Below are positions 9,301 through 18,720 of a DNA stretch of 64,000 nucleotides, one piece after another. A model generated the notes under the pieces. The model did not search any database and was not told the origin of the DNA. It saw nothing but the letters and a program-made list of their open reading frames with translations. The translations under genes and the position numbers were made by a program. Position 1 is the stretch's first letter, and every line of letters starts with the position of its first letter. This DNA comes from Blastocatellia bacterium (lineage in GTDB: Bacteria > Acidobacteriota > Blastocatellia > HR10 > J050), in NCBI GenBank assembly GCA_025054955.1, contig JANWZE010000112.1, positions 2,310 to 66,309 on the forward strand, written 5' to 3'.

Positions 9301-10516
9301 CAGCGGATTCTTGCCGGCGCCAATGGCTTCAACACAGACGATTGAGCTGTTCCGCGCTATGCCGAGCCCATTTGGGTACGGTGAAGGTGGACAGTTCCTT
9401 GGCGAAATCAGGCCCGGCGCCGATGGTCAGTTTTCAATCATGATGCCGAAGCTGTCGGGCGATGCGCCGCTGGCCACAGCGTTGGCTAATGGCGATCAAC
9501 TCACGGCGACGGCGATTGATATTGCCGGCAACACGTCGGAGTTCTCTCCCAATTTCATCATTGGCATCGGCGACACCATCGCTCCCACGGTGCAACTGTT
9601 CTCGCCTAATGGCGGTGAGCTGGTCAATGCAGGTGAGACGATGACGATCCGCTGGCAATCGTTTGACAACGTTGGCGTGGTCGCGCAAGACGTGTTGTTG
9701 TCCACCGACAATGGCAGAACGTTCATGGCGCTGCAGACGAATCTGGCCGGCGCCATTCAACAACTTCAGGTGTCTGTGCCCATCGTGTTAGAAACGGCGC
9801 AGGCCGTGGTGTGCGTGGTCGCCCGCGATGGCAATCGGAATGAAGTGCGCGATTGCAGTGACAGTCCGTTTGTCATCTTCGGGCGCGATGTGATGCCGCC
9901 CTCGGTGAGGCTCGCTTCACCCAACGGCGGCGAAATTCTTGCAGCCGGTCAACCATACACCATCACCTGGCAGAGCAGTGATGATCGTCCGGGCATGACG
10001 TGCACCGTGCTGTTGTCCACTGACGGCGGCCTCAGTTACACGACGCTGGTTGCGGGCCTGACTGGTGTCAGCTCTTACACCTGGCACATTCCCGCGACGC
10101 TCGGTTCAACACAAGCGCGAATTCGTGTCATCTGCCGCGATGCCGCTGGATTGACCTCTCAGGATGAAAGCGACGCCAACTTCGCCATTGACCAACGCCG
10201 GCCAGAAGTTCGACTGGCCGAGCCCAACGGCGGCACAATCGTCCTGCGATTGGCAAACAATCCCGTGCGCATTCAGTGGGCATCGGCCGATGATGTGGCC
10301 GTCGCCTCCCACGACATCCTGCTCTCACTGGATGGCGGTGAAACATTCTCAATCACGGTGGCGGAGAACCTGCCTGGCTCGGCGCAATCCTACGATTGGG
10401 TCGTGCCGAGGCATATTCGTTCAGGCAAGGCTAAGGTCCGCATTATCTCCAAGGACTTTGTGGGCCGACTGAATCAAGATGATTCGGATCGGACATTTAT
10501 TTTGTTCCGTCCCTAA
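6383..10516 (+). CDS. Large secreted protein: 7 FG-GAP repeats, CSLREA-like motif, beta-helix repeats, three PNGG(E)-type Ig-like domains
   Basis: Start 6383 follows AAGGAG; signal-peptide-like MNRILISVVSVTALLASAAA; DFNGDGRAD-type loops x7; VCLREAIVAAN; repeated NVI(S/A)GN..G and GN.IGT motifs; SPNGGE x2 plus EPNGGT. Confidence 0.88.
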   Translation: MNRILISVVSVTALLASAAALPVVDAYRDGGQKVVVSGARSAPHQLNTHTETNWARMAYVVRPDTAKTASALAGLRAVQLIERDFNGDGRADMLAVYRGAGQAQVSLRLNQESGGFSQHHVSALAGQSPTAVVVEDINFDGHPDVLIAFEDLAAVSLVEGLGGGTFGEKQFATGTAVQAMTVADFDQDGYVDILAAGASAQAVVLLRGNDHGFGLPVTLYTWPEEKRIEPVALNVVDVDQDGLSDVAVTHRRGVDVLVAANVYEPTTLIVTPASVVDVAWADFNDDQKLDYLIALSNGYLQIGLSNQDGRFSRTQTLQTGMLIKQVATAQLNDDGYADVVMVCAEEKSLLLALNDGSGGLSRTSRLTLTAQPDAVTKTRLNKDGIDDLVIAADDGGMHTAASVTATITVNSTRDVMDIPANGQMSHLPGPDGRVCLREAIVAANNTAGPQTIVFNIPRSDSGFDGRVFRLQVTSALPELSGGGTTIDGSSQTLFTGDTNRAGPEIFLDGRAAGRNVDGLSMTSSLNVVQGLIVSSFSGSGVKMLGRAVQNILVGCYIGTNETGTEARPNGFSGVVVAGQGSQSNLIGGTVAEDRNVISGNGSHGITIQFPSFDNRVWGNYIGTTAAGDAPLPNLANGVYITSARENLIGGVFPGAGNVIAGNGRHGISIESGLSNQVQGNLIGTDATGSVALANGQHGIVVSFGSDSTLIGGTGALARNVISGNGLNGVEITQSSQNTRVSGNLVGTNQAGTAPLPNGVNGVLVTTGATQTLIGGLNPQSKNVIAGNKGSGVVLERDSSLNNLQGNYIGLDATGAAVLANGGDGVTLRNTTNNTIGGREPGAANVIAGNRGNGVMLSGANGNRVIGNIIGANVDQTVQWGNAENGILVQDAGSNTFEANTITASGRAGVMVLGASLQNRVSKNAIYNNRTLGIDLNGDGVTHNDPSDLDSGPNGLRNFPIITGVSEEASGLMVSGFLPAPMASTQTIELFRAMPSPFGYGEGGQFLGEIRPGADGQFSIMMPKLSGDAPLATALANGDQLTATAIDIAGNTSEFSPNFIIGIGDTIAPTVQLFSPNGGELVNAGETMTIRWQSFDNVGVVAQDVLLSTDNGRTFMALQTNLAGAIQQLQVSVPIVLETAQAVVCVVARDGNRNEVRDCSDSPFVIFGRDVMPPSVRLASPNGGEILAAGQPYTITWQSSDDRPGMTCTVLLSTDGGLSYTTLVAGLTGVSSYTWHIPATLGSTQARIRVICRDAAGLTSQDESDANFAIDQRRPEVRLAEPNGGTIVLRLANNPVRIQWASADDVAVASHDILLSLDGGETFSITVAENLPGSAQSYDWVVPRHIRSGKAKVRIISKDFVGRLNQDDSDRTFILFRP

Positions 10517-10549
10517 GGTCTTCTCTCTGTAGCGTTGGCTCACAACCAG

Positions 10550-10588
10550 AAGGGCATCGCTCGCGTGCGGGCGATGCCCTTTTTATTT
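10550..10588 (+). terminator. Rho-independent terminator
   Basis: AGGGCATCGC/GCGATGCCCT stem followed by TTTTATTT. Confidence 0.85.
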
Positions 10589-10589
10589 A

Positions 10590-11085
10590 GAGCGATTTTT
10601 AATTGCCTGTGGCCTGGGACCCCGCATTTGGTGTGCCAATGCACGCGCGCTCCCAGGCTTTGATGCTTCGTGGTGTGCGCGGAGCACATGCACGACTCCT
10701 CTGAAAAAGTCCGACATCAGCTTGCGCCGGAGGCGCAAACAGCAGGTAGCCCAGACGTGCAACGTCTGGAACAGCCGATCAAACAATCGTAGCGCGTTGG
10801 AGACGCGCTGAGCCAAGGGTGGTTGCGGCGAGCGGTTCGACGGCATGAACGACCCAGTGGGAGAACTGGTGGCGCCTCTGCAAGGCGCCCTGGAATTGGG
10901 AGGATGACACCCTTCTAGACGTTTCACGTCTGGCTACCCTCTTGTGGCGTCTGCCGACGCCGCTTCCCGAGATCGTTGCCTTGAAAATCCGTGGGCGTGC
11001 ACGCCTGCGGCGTGCTCGTCGGCAGGCAAAGCCTGGCCCGCTGCACGCGCGTGCTCCCACGGTAAGATCATTCGCTAACCGCCCT
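10590..11085 (+). mobile_element. Composite repeat: family-B element expanded by a family-A unit (10658-10708) and a family-C REP doublet (10720-10975)
   Basis: Left end AGAGCGATTTTTAATTGCCT and right end GGTAAGATCATTCGCTAACCGCCCT match family-B ends; the interior matches 28829-29084. Confidence 0.7.
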
Positions 11086-11370
11086 AGGGCGTAGAGGGAC
11101 GCGATGAGCTACTTCCATCGAAGCTTTTGCCACTGATCCGATCAGTCAGCTCAGAACGCCTGCTTTTTACCTCAGCGAGCCACTCCCCTCCTTTGTCACC
11201 CGCGTCACACGTGATCACAGATCCAAAGACGTTGGTGTGAACATCGGAGTTCATCTGCGACTGATTGCGTCTGTAAGTAGCATCATGAACGCTTCGATGG
11301 GTCTGCCTGCCGTGCCTGAGCAAGCCTGCTTTTGCTACCGTTGGTTCTTTTGGAATATAATCCCAGCGCG

Positions 11371-13404
11371 ATGCCGTATTCGTTGCGACAAGTCTTCGAG
11401 CCAGGTGGTCTGATTGCTCAACATCATCCCAATTACGAAGACCGGCCAGGCCAGCTTCAGATGGCGCAAGCGGTGCTGGAAGCCATCTCTGAAGGCGGCC
11501 ACCTGTGCGTTGAGGCGGGCACTGGCACGGGCAAAACACTGGCCTATCTGGTGCCGGCCTTGGCTGCCCATGAACGGGTGATCATTTCTACCGGAACCAA
11601 AAACCTACAAGAGCAGCTCTATGCCAAGGACGTTCCCTTCCTGGAACAAGCGTTAGGGCGAAAGCTGCGCATCTGTTACATGAAAGGCCGATCCAACTAT
11701 GTCTGCCTCTATCGCCTCAAGAAGGCCGATCAAGCACCCATCCTGGAAGCGCTCGACGAGATGGATTACTTCAAAACTGTCCGCCAATGGGCTTTTCAGA
11801 GCGAGACTGGCGACCGCGCTGAATTGAGTGACTTGCCGGAGTCGTTAGGATTTTGGTCGAGTGTGGATGCGCGCTCGGAGATTTGCCTTGGTCAAAAATG
11901 TCCTGATTACGAGCCGTGCTTCATCACGAGAATGCGGCAGCGCGCGCTCGAATCCGACATCGTCATCGTCAATCACCATCTGTTTTTTGCTGATCTGGCG
12001 TTGCGCGGGCAGGACTACGGCGCTGTGTTGCCCGAATACTCAGTCGTCATTTTCGACGAAGCGCACGAGTTGGAGGATGTGGCCTCGGAATACTTCGGCG
12101 CACAGGTGAGCAATTATCGGATCGCCGAGTTAGTGCGCGACGCGCAGAACACGCCTATTACCGACACAATTGCTGCCGGTGAAATCGTCAAGGTCTGTGC
12201 GCGACTCAAGCAACGCGCTGACCGATTCTGGCAACACTTTGTCGCTGCCCCCGACAGGCTTCGGCGTCGGTGGGAAAACGAATCACCCTTTGGTCCCGAA
12301 GGGCGGTATGCGCTGGATGCTAGTTTCTGCATGCGCCGGCCCGGCGCGTTGAGCGGCAGGCCATCAGATGATGAGAGCCCTGAGGATGAGCCTGCCGACT
12401 CACTCGAATTGACGCCGGCAGGACAAAGTGTGTTGGCGTTGCTCAATGCGCTCACAAGGTTGGAAACGACGCTGGCATCGCTCAAGGACGCGCCGCCGGA
12501 GGTGAGCAACCTGGTGCGGCGAGCTGGGCAGGTTCGCCACGATCTGGAATTCATCATGAGCTGCGCCGAGCCAGAGTACGTCTACTGGTATGAACGGCGC
12601 GGGCGCGGCATCTTTCTTCAAGCAACGCCGATTGACGTCTCGTCTCTATTGGCCGAACGGCTCTTCGATCGTGTGCCGACGGCGATTCTGACGTCGGCCA
12701 CACTGGCCAGCAATCAATCCTTCAGCTTCATCCGTTCTCGTCTTGGGATCAAGCAAGCGCGTGAGTTGATCATTCCCTCGCATTTCGATTTTGCGCGGCA
12801 GGCCATTCTCTACCTGCCGCCCCATTTGCCTGACCCGCGTGAGCCGGGCTTTCTGGAACAGGCCGTTGAGGAGATCATCAAGGTTTTGGAGATCACGTCG
12901 GGCCGGGCGTTCGTGCTCTTCACGTCGGTTAATCAGATGACGGAAGCCTACAAGCGCGTCAGCGCGCGGGTTTCGTTCCCATGTTTGCTTCAAGGGCAGG
13001 GTTCCAAAGGGGGCCTGCTGCAACGATTCCGGCGCACGCCTCACGCGGTGTTGTTTGCCACGAGCAGTTTCTGGCAGGGCGTTGACGTTCAGGGCGAAGC
13101 GCTCAGTTGCGTCATCATTGATCGGTTGCCCTTTGCTGTGCCGACCGATCCGGTGGTGGCAGCCCGTTGCCGTTACATCCAGCAGCGCGGCGGCGACCCC
13201 TTCTACGAGTATTCACTGCCTCAGGCGGTGCTCATGCTCAAGCAGGGACTAGGGCGACTCATCCGCAGCAAAGATGACGTCGGCGTCTTGTGCGTTCTTG
13301 ATCCGCGACTGCGAACAAAATCCTATGGAGAAGTTTTTCTGCGAAGTCTGCCGCCCTGTCCGGTGACCACCGATATTAACCAGATCGCTCGCGTGTTCGA
13401 TTGA
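11371..13404 (+). CDS. ATP-dependent DNA helicase, DinG/YoaA family
   Basis: EAGTGTGKT, KGRSNYVC, Fe-S cysteines, VNHHL, DEAH, TSATL, FWQGVDV, QGLGRLIR; TATAAT 9 nt before the ATG suggests a near-leaderless transcript. Confidence 0.93.
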   Translation: MPYSLRQVFEPGGLIAQHHPNYEDRPGQLQMAQAVLEAISEGGHLCVEAGTGTGKTLAYLVPALAAHERVIISTGTKNLQEQLYAKDVPFLEQALGRKLRICYMKGRSNYVCLYRLKKADQAPILEALDEMDYFKTVRQWAFQSETGDRAELSDLPESLGFWSSVDARSEICLGQKCPDYEPCFITRMRQRALESDIVIVNHHLFFADLALRGQDYGAVLPEYSVVIFDEAHELEDVASEYFGAQVSNYRIAELVRDAQNTPITDTIAAGEIVKVCARLKQRADRFWQHFVAAPDRLRRRWENESPFGPEGRYALDASFCMRRPGALSGRPSDDESPEDEPADSLELTPAGQSVLALLNALTRLETTLASLKDAPPEVSNLVRRAGQVRHDLEFIMSCAEPEYVYWYERRGRGIFLQATPIDVSSLLAERLFDRVPTAILTSATLASNQSFSFIRSRLGIKQARELIIPSHFDFARQAILYLPPHLPDPREPGFLEQAVEEIIKVLEITSGRAFVLFTSVNQMTEAYKRVSARVSFPCLLQGQGSKGGLLQRFRRTPHAVLFATSSFWQGVDVQGEALSCVIIDRLPFAVPTDPVVAARCRYIQQRGGDPFYEYSLPQAVLMLKQGLGRLIRSKDDVGVLCVLDPRLRTKSYGEVFLRSLPPCPVTTDINQIARVFD

Positions 13405-13480
13405 AACCTTCTGTTGCAGGCTGTGAGATGGCCTGTCTATAATGGCCGCTTCCAAGCAGTCTTTGGCAACCCAGGTGACC

Positions 13481-14347
13481 ATGCTCATCAGGCAACGAAG
13501 AACAAGACGAATGCAGACCTTGACCAGGACGCTGATTGAAGCGGCTCGCCACGTTCATAACGAAGCGCGCGATATTGAAATCGTCCAGCGAGCGATCTAT
13601 CTGCCGAATTTACCCGCCGCCTTTGAAGGGTACACGTTGGTTCAGCTCTCTGATGTTCATCACGGCGCGCTGGTCCGAGCGGATTACATCCTCTCGGCTG
13701 TCGCCATGATCAATGAGCGGCAGCCTGACGTCGTGGTGTTGACGGGCGATTACATCACGCATTCGCGAGCGTATATGGAGCCGTGCGCTGAATTGCTGAG
13801 CCAGCTCCGGGCCAAAGATGGCGTTTTTGCCGTGCTCGGTAACCATGAATTTTGGACGGACGCCGATAAGATGACGCGGTCGTTCAAAAAGCACCACATC
13901 CATGTATTGCGCAACACGCATACGCACCTTGAGCGCAAGGGTGAGCGCCTCGCCCTGGTCGGCGTGGATGACTCGACAACGGCACAAGATGACATACGCG
14001 CGGCGTTGCACGGAGTACACATCAACGCGCCGACAATCTTGCTCTCACACAATCCCAATGTGCTGCGCAAAGCAGCTCATTTCGGCGTGCACTTGATTTT
14101 ATCCGGCCATACGCATGGCGGTCAGATTCGGCTCTCAACGCGCCAGCGGCCGCCGCATCGCTGGCTACGCTTCTATCATGGCTATGTTCAACTGGGCATG
14201 ACCCAACTCTATATCAACCGTGGACTGGGCACGGTCATCGTGCCTGTTCGCTATCAATGTCGTCCTGAAATTACTGTGATCGAACTCAAGCGAACAATGC
14301 CGGAGCCAGCCAACGGCTTGAGCAGCGGCTCCCACGACGATGAATGA
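13481..14347 (+). CDS. Metallophosphoesterase (calcineurin-like, YkuE/YaeI type); start uncertain (13442/13481/13511)
   Basis: SDVH, TGDY, GNHE, LSHNP and GHTHGGQ motifs. Confidence 0.9.
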   Translation: MLIRQRRTRRMQTLTRTLIEAARHVHNEARDIEIVQRAIYLPNLPAAFEGYTLVQLSDVHHGALVRADYILSAVAMINERQPDVVVLTGDYITHSRAYMEPCAELLSQLRAKDGVFAVLGNHEFWTDADKMTRSFKKHHIHVLRNTHTHLERKGERLALVGVDDSTTAQDDIRAALHGVHINAPTILLSHNPNVLRKAAHFGVHLILSGHTHGGQIRLSTRQRPPHRWLRFYHGYVQLGMTQLYINRGLGTVIVPVRYQCRPEITVIELKRTMPEPANGLSSGSHDDE

Positions 14348-14979
14348 ATGTATCACCTGGCCAATCGCCGGTGGATGTACCGCCTGAGCGCCAAGAACGC
14401 CCCACGACGATGAATGAATGGGTCACCATTGCCAATCTCCTCACCATCCTGCGAATGGTTCTTATTCCGGTGTTTGTATTGCTTGTCGTTTATCAGCAAT
14501 TGAGTTGGGCGTTGTGCGTCTGGGTCGTGGCCGGATTGACCGACCTGTTTGATGGGCTATTGGCGCGCAAGCTGAATCAGACAACATCGCTTGGCGTGAT
14601 CCTCGATCCGATTGCCGACAAACTTCTGGTGGCCACGGCGTTCATTGTCTTAGGCATGAAATCTATTTTGAGCGATCCGATTCCATTCTGGTTGACGGTG
14701 ACCGTGATCAGCCGCGACGTCTTTATCGTGGTCGGTGCGTTGATGATCTTTATCAAAACGGGATTCCGCAACTTTCGTCCGTCATGGCCGGGAAAAATTA
14801 ACACGGTGGTTCAACTGATGCTGATCACGGCGTTTCTGGCTCATCAAATTGTCGGACGCTATGCGGATTCCATGCGCGTGCTCTATTACGTCGCATTTCT
14901 GATGGCCGTTTTCTCTGGCTTCCAATACATCTTTCACGCGACACGGTTACTCAACGAACAAAAGCTTCATGAGTCATGA
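14344..14979 (+). CDS. CDP-alcohol phosphatidyltransferase (PgsA/cardiolipin synthase-like)
   Basis: ANLLTILR and DLFDGLLARKLNQTTSLGVILDPIADK signature. Confidence 0.92.
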   Translation: MNVSPGQSPVDVPPERQERPTTMNEWVTIANLLTILRMVLIPVFVLLVVYQQLSWALCVWVVAGLTDLFDGLLARKLNQTTSLGVILDPIADKLLVATAFIVLGMKSILSDPIPFWLTVTVISRDVFIVVGALMIFIKTGFRNFRPSWPGKINTVVQLMLITAFLAHQIVGRYADSMRVLYYVAFLMAVFSGFQYIFHATRLLNEQKLHES

Positions 14980-15623
14980 TCTGCGACAGTTACGTTGGCC
15001 TCGCTGGGTGCCGTGGATTATCTCGGCATGCGCGTTGTTAGCATTCTACCGATTGAGTCACGACATCCTGATCGAACTGGCCGGTATCCTGCGACCAATC
15101 CTTGTTCGATTGCTCCTCTGGCTGGCGCTAGCCTATCTGACCGAACTGTTATTGGAATGGATGGAGCGCCGATTGAACTGGAATCGGGAACATGCCAGTC
15201 TGGCTGATCGGTGTTCCGTTGAGTCTGGGCACACTCACCGGCTTCGGTTATTTAATCTCCTATGTCGGCGCGTTCGTCTCTGTTGTGTTGACGCTTTTGT
15301 TGGTGTTGCTCACCACTGAGGGATGGTGGCCGCTGCTGGGCGTCATCGTGGTTTATGTGGGTGTGCACGCGCTTGAAGGGTTCTACTTGACGCCGCGGAT
15401 TCTGGGCGACCGATTAGAGCTGCACCCGATGGTGGTCATCATCGGATTGATTCTGGCAGGAAGCGCCTTTGGCATACTCGGCATTGTATTGGCATTGCCG
15501 GTGCTGGCGGTGTTAAAAGTCTGGTTGGAAGTCTTGCTGGAGCCATATCTCCAATCGTTGGCTGCACAGCAACCGATCACGGCGACCGATGCCAGGGACC
15601 TCGCTAGCCTACCGGATGGCTAA
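14969..15623 (+). pseudogene. AI-2E family transporter remnant, frameshifted with a probable internal deletion
   Basis: N-terminal LAYL..LLEWMERR in one frame; C-terminal LEGFYLTPRILGDRLELHP...GILGIVLALP in another; about 218 codons in total, well short of a full-length member. Confidence 0.7.
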
Positions 15624-15713
15624 GAGGCGCTTGCGCGGCTCCGCCCCAGAGCCGGAGACGATGACGCTGGCAAACTCAGTTCATGCGTTGAGCATGGCCA
15701 ATCAATCGTGCAG

Positions 15714-16505
15714 TTATTTCTTTGTGTATTTGTCCAGTGCGGTTGGAGGCTTTTCTGGCGGCGGCGGTGTTGGAACTTGATCAAGCGCCGCCGGGTCGAG
15801 CGCAGCAATGCGCGCCACGGCTTCAGCTTTCTCCGGTTCCTCCAGTCGCTCTTTGGCCACCTGCACGTAGAGGGCGACGGCTTCTGACTTTTTGCCTTGC
15901 AACTCGAGCGCCCGCGCCAGCGCCAGTTGAAGTTGAGGCTTAGGCAAGGAACCAGGATCATCCACGAGCTGTTTGTAAAGCGATTCAGCCCGACTGTAAT
16001 CGTTTTTCGCGATAGCGTGTTCAGCAAGCGCGACGCGCGCCAGACGGCTTGTGAGGGAATTTTCCTTGGCCAACGCTTCCAACGCCGATTGACCTTCGGT
16101 TGGATTCAAGTGTAACTGGCACACAGCCTCGTAATACTTGGCCATCGCGCCATAATCGGTCCAGCGATAGAGCCACGACGTGCTCACGCGCCGATAAGCT
16201 TGCAGAGCGGCGCGATACTTTTCTTCCTCTGTTTTGAAGGTACGAGCAGCGGCGCTGGCCGGCGGTGTTGTGGTCACTTCAGCGTTGAAGATGTCTGAAG
16301 CTTCTCCCAGCCGGCGCTCAGCCCGCGCGGACCACCAACTGTATCCGATCGTGACAATCAGAACGAGGGCGATAGCCAACCCGATGCGCTTGATAGTTTG
16401 CAGAATAACATCGCGATGCGCCGCCGCTTTTTCGGCTTGACGCAGATACCAATCCTGAAATGGATCATGCTTCAGTTCTTTGGCTTTGATTTTATGCTTT
16501 GGCAA
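15714..16505 (-). CDS. Membrane-anchored tetratricopeptide-repeat protein (YfgM-like)
   Basis: KELKHDPF N-terminus, single TM segment, TPR-like helices; TTG start with an AGGAG RBS. Confidence 0.75.
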   Translation of the reverse strand: MPKHKIKAKELKHDPFQDWYLRQAEKAAAHRDVILQTIKRIGLAIALVLIVTIGYSWWSARAERRLGEASDIFNAEVTTTPPASAAARTFKTEEEKYRAALQAYRRVSTSWLYRWTDYGAMAKYYEAVCQLHLNPTEGQSALEALAKENSLTSRLARVALAEHAIAKNDYSRAESLYKQLVDDPGSLPKPQLQLALARALELQGKKSEAVALYVQVAKERLEEPEKAEAVARIAALDPAALDQVPTPPPPEKPPTALDKYTKK

Positions 16506-16513
16506 TTTCCTAT

Positions 16514-16708
16514 CTCCTCAGAAAAAGTGGCACAGGCGTTCCCGCCTGTGGTGTTTTTCATCGTTTCTCTCGCGTCTTCCAGGCGGCATGTAGAACTCCT
16601 CGGAAAAGGCAAGCGCAGATTCACTGATCAGCAGATTTTCGATCAGTCAATCGGCGCTTGTTTTTCATTGTTTCTGAGTGTCGCTACTGGCGACAACTCC
16701 TGCAAGAA
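16514..16708 (+). repeat. Short family-A array with hairpin spacers
   Basis: CTCCTCAGAAAAA, GTGGCACAGGCGTTCCCGCCTGT hairpin, unit 16555-16607, CAAGCGC/GCGCTTG hairpin, degenerate unit ~16661-16708. Confidence 0.65.
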
Positions 16709-16791
16709 CTCATATCGGCTACGACCGATGTGATCGTTGACCGTTTCTGGGCAAGGTTGTTTCCTCTGCGGGCCGCGCCTCTGCTGATGGG

Positions 16792-18081
16792 TTAGGCAGC
16801 CAGACAGAGCAGCCACCATGAAGCCAGCGGATGGGTGATCGGCGATCCTGTCGTCATCGGCGAGGAGACCGGCTCGGCAGGACGTTGCTGTCGGTCTTGC
16901 CACACGCGCATGTACCACGTGACCGCCATAATCGCGCCGATGATCAACGCAATCATCAGTCCCATGAGGATGCGCACAATGTTTCGTTCCACGCCGCTTG
17001 ACCCAGCGCCCACCAAGGACATCACCGCGCCAGACGGCTCCGACGGGTGGTTTTCCATCTGCTGTGGACCGATGAAGGGCGACTGCGAAAACTCTGCGCC
17101 GGACAGTGTCCGGTCGAGGTCTGGCAAGGGGTCTATCGAAGGCATGTCGGCATCGAGCAACTCCGGCAGTAAGTAAGCCGGCAGTGACTCATCTCGTTCG
17201 ATGCGTTCGAGCTGCAATGAGAATTCGGCAGGCGGCTCTGGCAGGCCATCTCCGGAAAACCGACAAAGGACAACTGTGATATTATCTTCACCGCCGCGCG
17301 CGTTGGCCAGCGCAACAAGCGTTCGGCAGGCTTGATCCAGGTCTGTACATGACGCGACAGCCTCAGCCAGTGCTGCGCCGTGAACCTTGTTAGACAATCC
17401 ATCACTGCACAACAGAATCACGTCGCCGCGGTAAATGGTCAGTCGGTCCAGAACCACCACAGTGTCAGGCTGAGCGCCGAGCGCTTGCAAAATGACGTTC
17501 TTATAGGCATGATCCTGCGCCTGCTCTTCGGTGATGTAACCCGCGTCAATCAATTGATTGACGAGCGATTGGTCTTTGGTCGCCTGCGCGATGTGGTGGC
17601 CACGAATGACGTAGGCCCGACTATCTCCTACTTGAGCCAGATAAGCGTCTCCTTGGTAGTAGGCTAGTCCGGTGAACGTCGCGCCCATGCCGGAAAACTT
17701 CGGCGACGATTGACTGCGACGGTGAATCAGTTTGTTCGCTTGTTCCAGCGCCAGACGGAATTGCTCGCTGAACGGCAGCGCGTGATACTCCGGTATGGAT
17801 TGGAATTTGTGCAAGTAAGCGCGAACCGACTGCACAGCCATCTGACTGGCCACTTCGCCGGCCAACGCACCACCCATCCCGTCGGAGACGGCTGCCACAT
17901 AGCCGTGCCGGCCAATCTCAATGCTCATGACAGGGCTGCCCGCCGGAGCCGACTCGGTCGCTGTACGATACTCGCCGCGTGTCAGGTCGGCGAGCAGAAA
18001 ATTATCCTCGTTGTTTTGTCGTACCTTGCCGACATCTGTTTGCGCCGCAACAGACACGACGACTGATTGGGGCTCAGTCAT
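16792..18081 (-). CDS. PP2C-type Ser/Thr phosphatase (Stp1/IreP family) with C-terminal TM segment
   Basis: TDVGKVRQNNED, SDGMGG, VGDSRAY, CSDGL and GGEDNIT motifs. Confidence 0.92.
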   Translation of the reverse strand: MTEPQSVVVSVAAQTDVGKVRQNNEDNFLLADLTRGEYRTATESAPAGSPVMSIEIGRHGYVAAVSDGMGGALAGEVASQMAVQSVRAYLHKFQSIPEYHALPFSEQFRLALEQANKLIHRRSQSSPKFSGMGATFTGLAYYQGDAYLAQVGDSRAYVIRGHHIAQATKDQSLVNQLIDAGYITEEQAQDHAYKNVILQALGAQPDTVVVLDRLTIYRGDVILLCSDGLSNKVHGAALAEAVASCTDLDQACRTLVALANARGGEDNITVVLCRFSGDGLPEPPAEFSLQLERIERDESLPAYLLPELLDADMPSIDPLPDLDRTLSGAEFSQSPFIGPQQMENHPSEPSGAVMSLVGAGSSGVERNIVRILMGLMIALIIGAIMAVTWYMRVWQDRQQRPAEPVSSPMTTGSPITHPLASWWLLCLAA

Positions 18082-18146
18082 AGCGCCAAACCCCTCAATC
18101 GGCATAATTCAAGACGGTTGCGCATTGGAAAACTACCCAGAAAAGC

Positions 18147-18222
18147 TGGAGCCGGCGATCGGACTTGAACCGATGACCTGACGATTACGAATCGTCTGCT
18201 CTACCAACTGAGCTACGCCGGC
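18147..18222 (-). tRNA. tRNA-Thr(CGT)
   Basis: Reverse complement GCCGGCGTAGCTCAGTTGGTAGAGCAGACGATTCGTAATCGTCAGGTCATCGGTTCAAGTCCGATCGCCGGCTCCA: 76 nt cloverleaf with encoded CCA. Confidence 0.97.
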
Positions 18223-18237
18223 TTCGCAGAGCCGAAC

Positions 18238-18266
18238 AGTGTAGGAAAAACCCTAGGAGGTGTCAA
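18238..18266 (-). promoter_or_regulatory. Sigma-70 promoter of tRNA-Thr
   Basis: TTGACA-N17-TACACT on the minus strand, 15 nt before the tRNA. Confidence 0.8.
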
Positions 18267-18306
18267 GCTGAGGTTCAGCCGGTCAAGCGACCGCGCGTGA
18301 TCGAAT

Positions 18307-18667
18307 CTCCTTTGAAAATAACATTTGAGCGATTCCTCGGAAACACCACTGATGAACACAGATGGACAGTACCAATTGCGGGTTGAAGAATTCGGTTCTA
18401 TCCGCTCAGACGCATTCTACGCGGGGGCCCACAGCGAGGCCCCCATACAGGCCTGCCCGCTTTCCTGGCGAAAACGCGGGCCCACAGCCACCCTGTACGG
18501 GCGGCTCGCCGTGGCCGCCCGACTCCTCTGCAAATAACCATTTTCATGCTTCGTGGCGTTTAATCGCATACGGACGATTCCCTCCTATCTGACTCCTGGC
18601 TCCTGATTGTTCCAATGAAGAATTTTCATCGGTCGTTGTGGGCTGATTGCCTATGAGCGGTTCGTGC
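18307..18667 (+). repeat. Mosaic repeat region: family-A ends and units plus a divergent pair of GTA(C/T)GGG REP-like hairpins
   Basis: GAGCGATTCCTCGGAAA at ~18327; TTTTCATGCTTCGTGGCG at 18541; TTTTCATCGGTCG at 18623; hairpins 18423-18448 and 18495-18520. Confidence 0.6.
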
Positions 18668-18720
18668 GACACCTCGGTCGTGATTGGCACAGGAGAGCCG
18701 CTGTGCTACACTGGGGCTGC

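Noticed and set aside
10583..11539. ORF-track ORFs 10583..10927, 10779..11060 and 11084..11539
   Set aside because: They lie in non-coding repeats or antisense to DinG; their similarity to ORF 28625..29005 only reflects the shared DNA repeat.
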